The notes beneath the pieces are model-generated. The model was not told the origin of the DNA, searched no databases, and saw only the letters and a program-made list of their open reading frames with translations. Below, one piece after another: positions 60,451-64,000 of a DNA stretch of 64,000 nt. Within the stretch, counting starts at the first letter, position 1, and each line of letters starts with the position of its first letter. This stretch comes from Eledone cirrhosa (taxonomy: Eukaryota): the NCBI GenBank assembly GCA_964016885.1, contig OZ024743.1, positions 233,306,001-233,370,000 of the forward strand, read 5' to 3'. The translations under genes were made by a program, and so were the position numbers.

Positions 60451-63400
60451 GTGTCTATTCTTTTAAATATCTTATCCTCACACGAGATACAGAAAATGCC
60501 AACAAAAACAGATACAACTCTTACCAACAAAAATGAAGAGATTCTACAGGAGTTCAAGAAAATTAACACCAACCTATCTGTGCTGGTCGACAAACATGAC
60601 TCCACAAATGAGGAAACCGTCACCGGATACAAGCCCCCCGAAATCGGCGATAAACTTCAAAACCTTTGCGATACTATCCAAACTATGTTCACTACTACCA
60701 ACCCAGGAAAAACCAACGAAGAACCATGTGAGATTGATTCATACAAAATGAAAATTCGAACAATTCCAAAATGGAACAAATCCCTCAGAGACAGAAAGTT
60801 CTCATTCTGGAACATGATACAAAATCACAACAAAGCGGAGATATATGAAAAATGGCTTAACTCAACCCCTCTAACTCTCCCCCGTAAAATACAAATAAAG
60901 TCCATTCCAAATGAACCCCAACCTCAAAGAGACCTTAGGGAAAGAATGGTATTGGAAAAAATGAAGACAGAAATTGAACTTCTTAAATTGAGGGCCCAGA
61001 CAAATGAGGAAAAAATCAAAACCATCGATGAAGAGATCCTCCTGGAAATCAACAATAAGACTGAAGGCCCCAAGGTAGAGAAGATCTCTAAATTATGGAA
61101 AGGGGACTGCAACAGAGAAGAACTGAAATCCCTTCAACGCTGGCAAAAAGTGCCGCTTGGTTCCTAAACTATGAATCGACTTTTCAAACGGATTACACCT
61201 CCAATAACCCGTTCGTAAAAATAGGAAAACCCATAACCGAGCCGCACAACAACTTCGCAAACCCCCAACCACTAACAAAAGAAGAAGGAAGCACCACACC
61301 GAAGATGAACTTCCCAACCTCGCTACCATAAGAAGGAACAAAAATCCTAGAAATCATCACCCCCAAAATGACATTTACAACTTTCCCCCTTCAAGGAGAC
61401 ACCATACCAAATCACTCAACTACTACGCGGATGCCTCATCGTCAAACATAGGGAAAAGTTATCACCACCATGATAGATGTAACAACTTCCCCGCTTCAAG
61501 GGGACAGCAAGGTAATTTCCATTTTCTCAACTCTCGCTTCCGCAATACACAACAAACCCACACCACACGATACAACCAACAATGTAGGCCACCTATAACA
61601 CCACAATCCAACATGGCACATAGAAACACACATCCATACTCGCAATACAGGAACACCCCATTCAATCTACAACCACGAACCCGAACCATATTTTACAACA
61701 ACAAGGAATATAACAAAAACAGGAGACCACTTAACATCAGCAGACAACCCCTCTACCCCAACCACTTTTTAGACACAGCACACAGATACAGGCAAACAAA
61801 ATAACACAAGTCAGGGAGGAGAAACCGAGAGTAATAACAATTATCAATCTAACTAGTGCAGAACCAAACCCAACCTTATCAACTTACTCTCCAAAGGTCT
61901 TAAATTCACACCGACCCCACTACGTCCTAACTACTATGAAAGGAAGGAAGACATCACAGACTTCTGTAGAAAGTTACAACTCAGTGAAGAACTATTCGAC
62001 CAGTACAATGAGGATGAATCATTAGCCAGAAATAGAAGCAACTACACCCCATCAAAAGGTAGAAATAAAATCCTGGACGAATTCTGTGAACACATCACAA
62101 ACTTCCCTTACCAACACTTGCACAGACAAAAACACAAGCCAAACCTCAACAAGAAAGAATGGGAAGAATTAAATAGATTAAAAACCGACAGAACCATTAC
62201 AATTAAAGATGCCGATAAAGGGAGTACAGTAGTCCTAATGGAGACAGAATTCTATATCAACTTAGCGCTCTCCACTTTGGAAAACGAAACATACTACGAA
62301 AAGGCTGAATACTACAATCAACAGAAAATTATGAGAAACCTAAACACTCTGATCAACCAATACAAAGAAGGATTCACTAACAAGGAATTCAGCTTCATCA
62401 CAGACTTCACAAGTAAATCCAGCCTTCTCTACGGTATCCCTAAAGTACATAAAAGCGAATTAATAAGTAAGGCATGCAAGGAAGCCACAGACATAGTCAT
62501 CAATGTCCCCTCACCCAATGATCTCAAATTAAGACCTATAATAGCAGGCCCCGCTTGCGAAACCCACCGCCTTAGCAACTTCATTGATACCCTTCTCAAG
62601 CCTTTTCTCAAACACATCAAAAGCTATATAAGGGACGACCTAGATATGCTCAATCACCTCCCTAATATGCCCCTTTCTGAACAAACACTATTAGTGACGT
62701 TCGATGTAGTCAACCTATACTCCAACATCCCCCACAACCTAGGAATAGAAGCTATCCAATTCTGGCTGGATAATTACCACAATGAACTCCCACAACGCAT
62801 CAAAAAAGAATTCGTGATAGAGGGACTCAAATTTATCTTGGAGAACAATTACTTCGTTTTCAATAACAAATCCTACAGGCAGAAATCTGGGACCGCTATG
62901 GGAACGAAAACAGCCCCCACTTATGCCAACCTAGTCATGGGATACCTGGAAATCACCCTCTACACTAAAGTACTAAACAAATTTGGAAACACTCTCCACT
63001 TACACATAGAAAGGAACTGGAAGCGATATCTAGATGACTGCTTCATCCTTTGGCACGAAAACATCGAGAAACTTAAAGAATTTCACACCCTTATAAATGG
63101 GCTCAACGCGAATATTAACTTTACGATGGAATACAGCCATCAACAACTCCCCTTCCTCGACATCCTCGTTAATATTCATAACAAAAAAATAGAAACGGAC
63201 ATATACTACAAGCCCACAGACTCCAAGCAATATCTTCCTTTCAACTCTTGCCACCCTAGACACGTTAAAATTAATATTCCCTACAACTTAGCCAAGAGAA
63301 TCTGTACTATAGTCTCCAATAAAAACACCTGTTACTTACGGCTACAAGAACTAAAGGACACACTCATAGGCAGGCACTACCCTGCATCACTAATTGATAA

Positions 63401-64000
63401 TGGAATTCAACGTGCCCTAAAACTCAGTACCCAGGACCTTAGACACCCTAAAGTAAATCAACCGAAACTAAAAGCTCTTCCATACATCTCCACACACAAC
63501 CCCCTCAACAATGAGGCTTTTGACACCATCCTCCAGAACATCACTGTGTTAAAAAAGGACCATAGAATGAACCAAATCCTACGAACACACGATATCATAA
63601 AGAGCAAAAGACAATCTAAGTCAATGAAAAACATCTTAACACATGCTAAAGTACTGCCAACCACAACAACGAAACCCTCAGTAAAAAAAATGCGATAGAC
63701 CCAACTGTGGCATACGCATCAACCTAATAGAGGGTTCGGAATTCTATTTCAAAGAAGGACAACGTTTTATAGTAAAACACAATTTCACATGCGCATCAGA
63801 AAATCTAATATATGTATTAACTTGCTCAGGTTGTTGAGAACAATACATAGGCCAGACCAAATATAGCCTCCGCCAACGCATGACTGTCCATAGATCCCAA
63901 ATTAAAATACGGGAATACAGGAAAATACCACTGAGTGAACACATTGATACCTGTGCCGCCCAAAATCATCCCAACTTCAGAATCTTTCCCCTCTACAAAT
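60451..64000 (+). mobile_element. Penelope-like element (Neptune-type), frameshifted, runs off window end
   Basis: LSKGLKFTPTP, ADKG, GTAMG, RYLDD, FLD, YYKPTD..HP, then Cys linker and NLIYVLTC..C..QYIGQT GIY-YIG. Confidence 0.9.
62118..63698 (+). CDS. PLE reverse transcriptase (open segment; GIY-YIG follows after a homopolymer frameshift)
   Basis: 526-aa ORF with PLE RT motifs. Confidence 0.85.
   Translation: MHRQKHKPNLNKKEWEELNRLKTDRTITIKDADKGSTVVLMETEFYINLALSTLENETYYEKAEYYNQQKIMRNLNTLINQYKEGFTNKEFSFITDFTSKSSLLYGIPKVHKSELISKACKEATDIVINVPSPNDLKLRPIIAGPACETHRLSNFIDTLLKPFLKHIKSYIRDDLDMLNHLPNMPLSEQTLLVTFDVVNLYSNIPHNLGIEAIQFWLDNYHNELPQRIKKEFVIEGLKFILENNYFVFNNKSYRQKSGTAMGTKTAPTYANLVMGYLEITLYTKVLNKFGNTLHLHIERNWKRYLDDCFILWHENIEKLKEFHTLINGLNANINFTMEYSHQQLPFLDILVNIHNKKIETDIYYKPTDSKQYLPFNSCHPRHVKINIPYNLAKRICTIVSNKNTCYLRLQELKDTLIGRHYPASLIDNGIQRALKLSTQDLRHPKVNQPKLKALPYISTHNPLNNEAFDTILQNITVLKKDHRMNQILRTHDIIKSKRQSKSMKNILTHAKVLPTTTTKPSVKKMR

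Noticed and set aside
63836-63838. In-frame TGA in the PLE GIY-YIG as selenocysteine
   Set aside because: It follows a complete CxxC at a non-Cys position; a GGA-to-TGA type mutation in an already frameshifted copy is simpler

Overview
AT-rich, repeat-dominated animal genomic DNA. The combination of long (TA)n arrays, RTE LINEs and abundant tRNA-SINEs suggests an Octopus-like cephalopod (inference only). No intact host gene is evident, only a tentative pair of minus-strand exons at 17629-17753 and 13699-13873. The window holds a near-intact RTE LINE with one nonsense codon, fragments of RTE, CR1, L1/Tx1, R4/Dong and CRE-like LINEs, two decayed Gypsy elements, a non-autonomous LTR element plus a related solo LTR, two hAT MITEs with 8-bp TSDs, a Helitron-like end, many SINEs and two Penelope-like elements (PLEs). 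The most striking pattern is a set of short foldback palindromes in or beside (TA)n tracts that look like MITEs but carry hammerhead ribozyme cores on both strands. Together with single-copy hammerheads nearby, they point to a population of non-autonomous, microsatellite-associated, self-cleaving PLE derivatives. All RNA structures were read by eye and none were computed.
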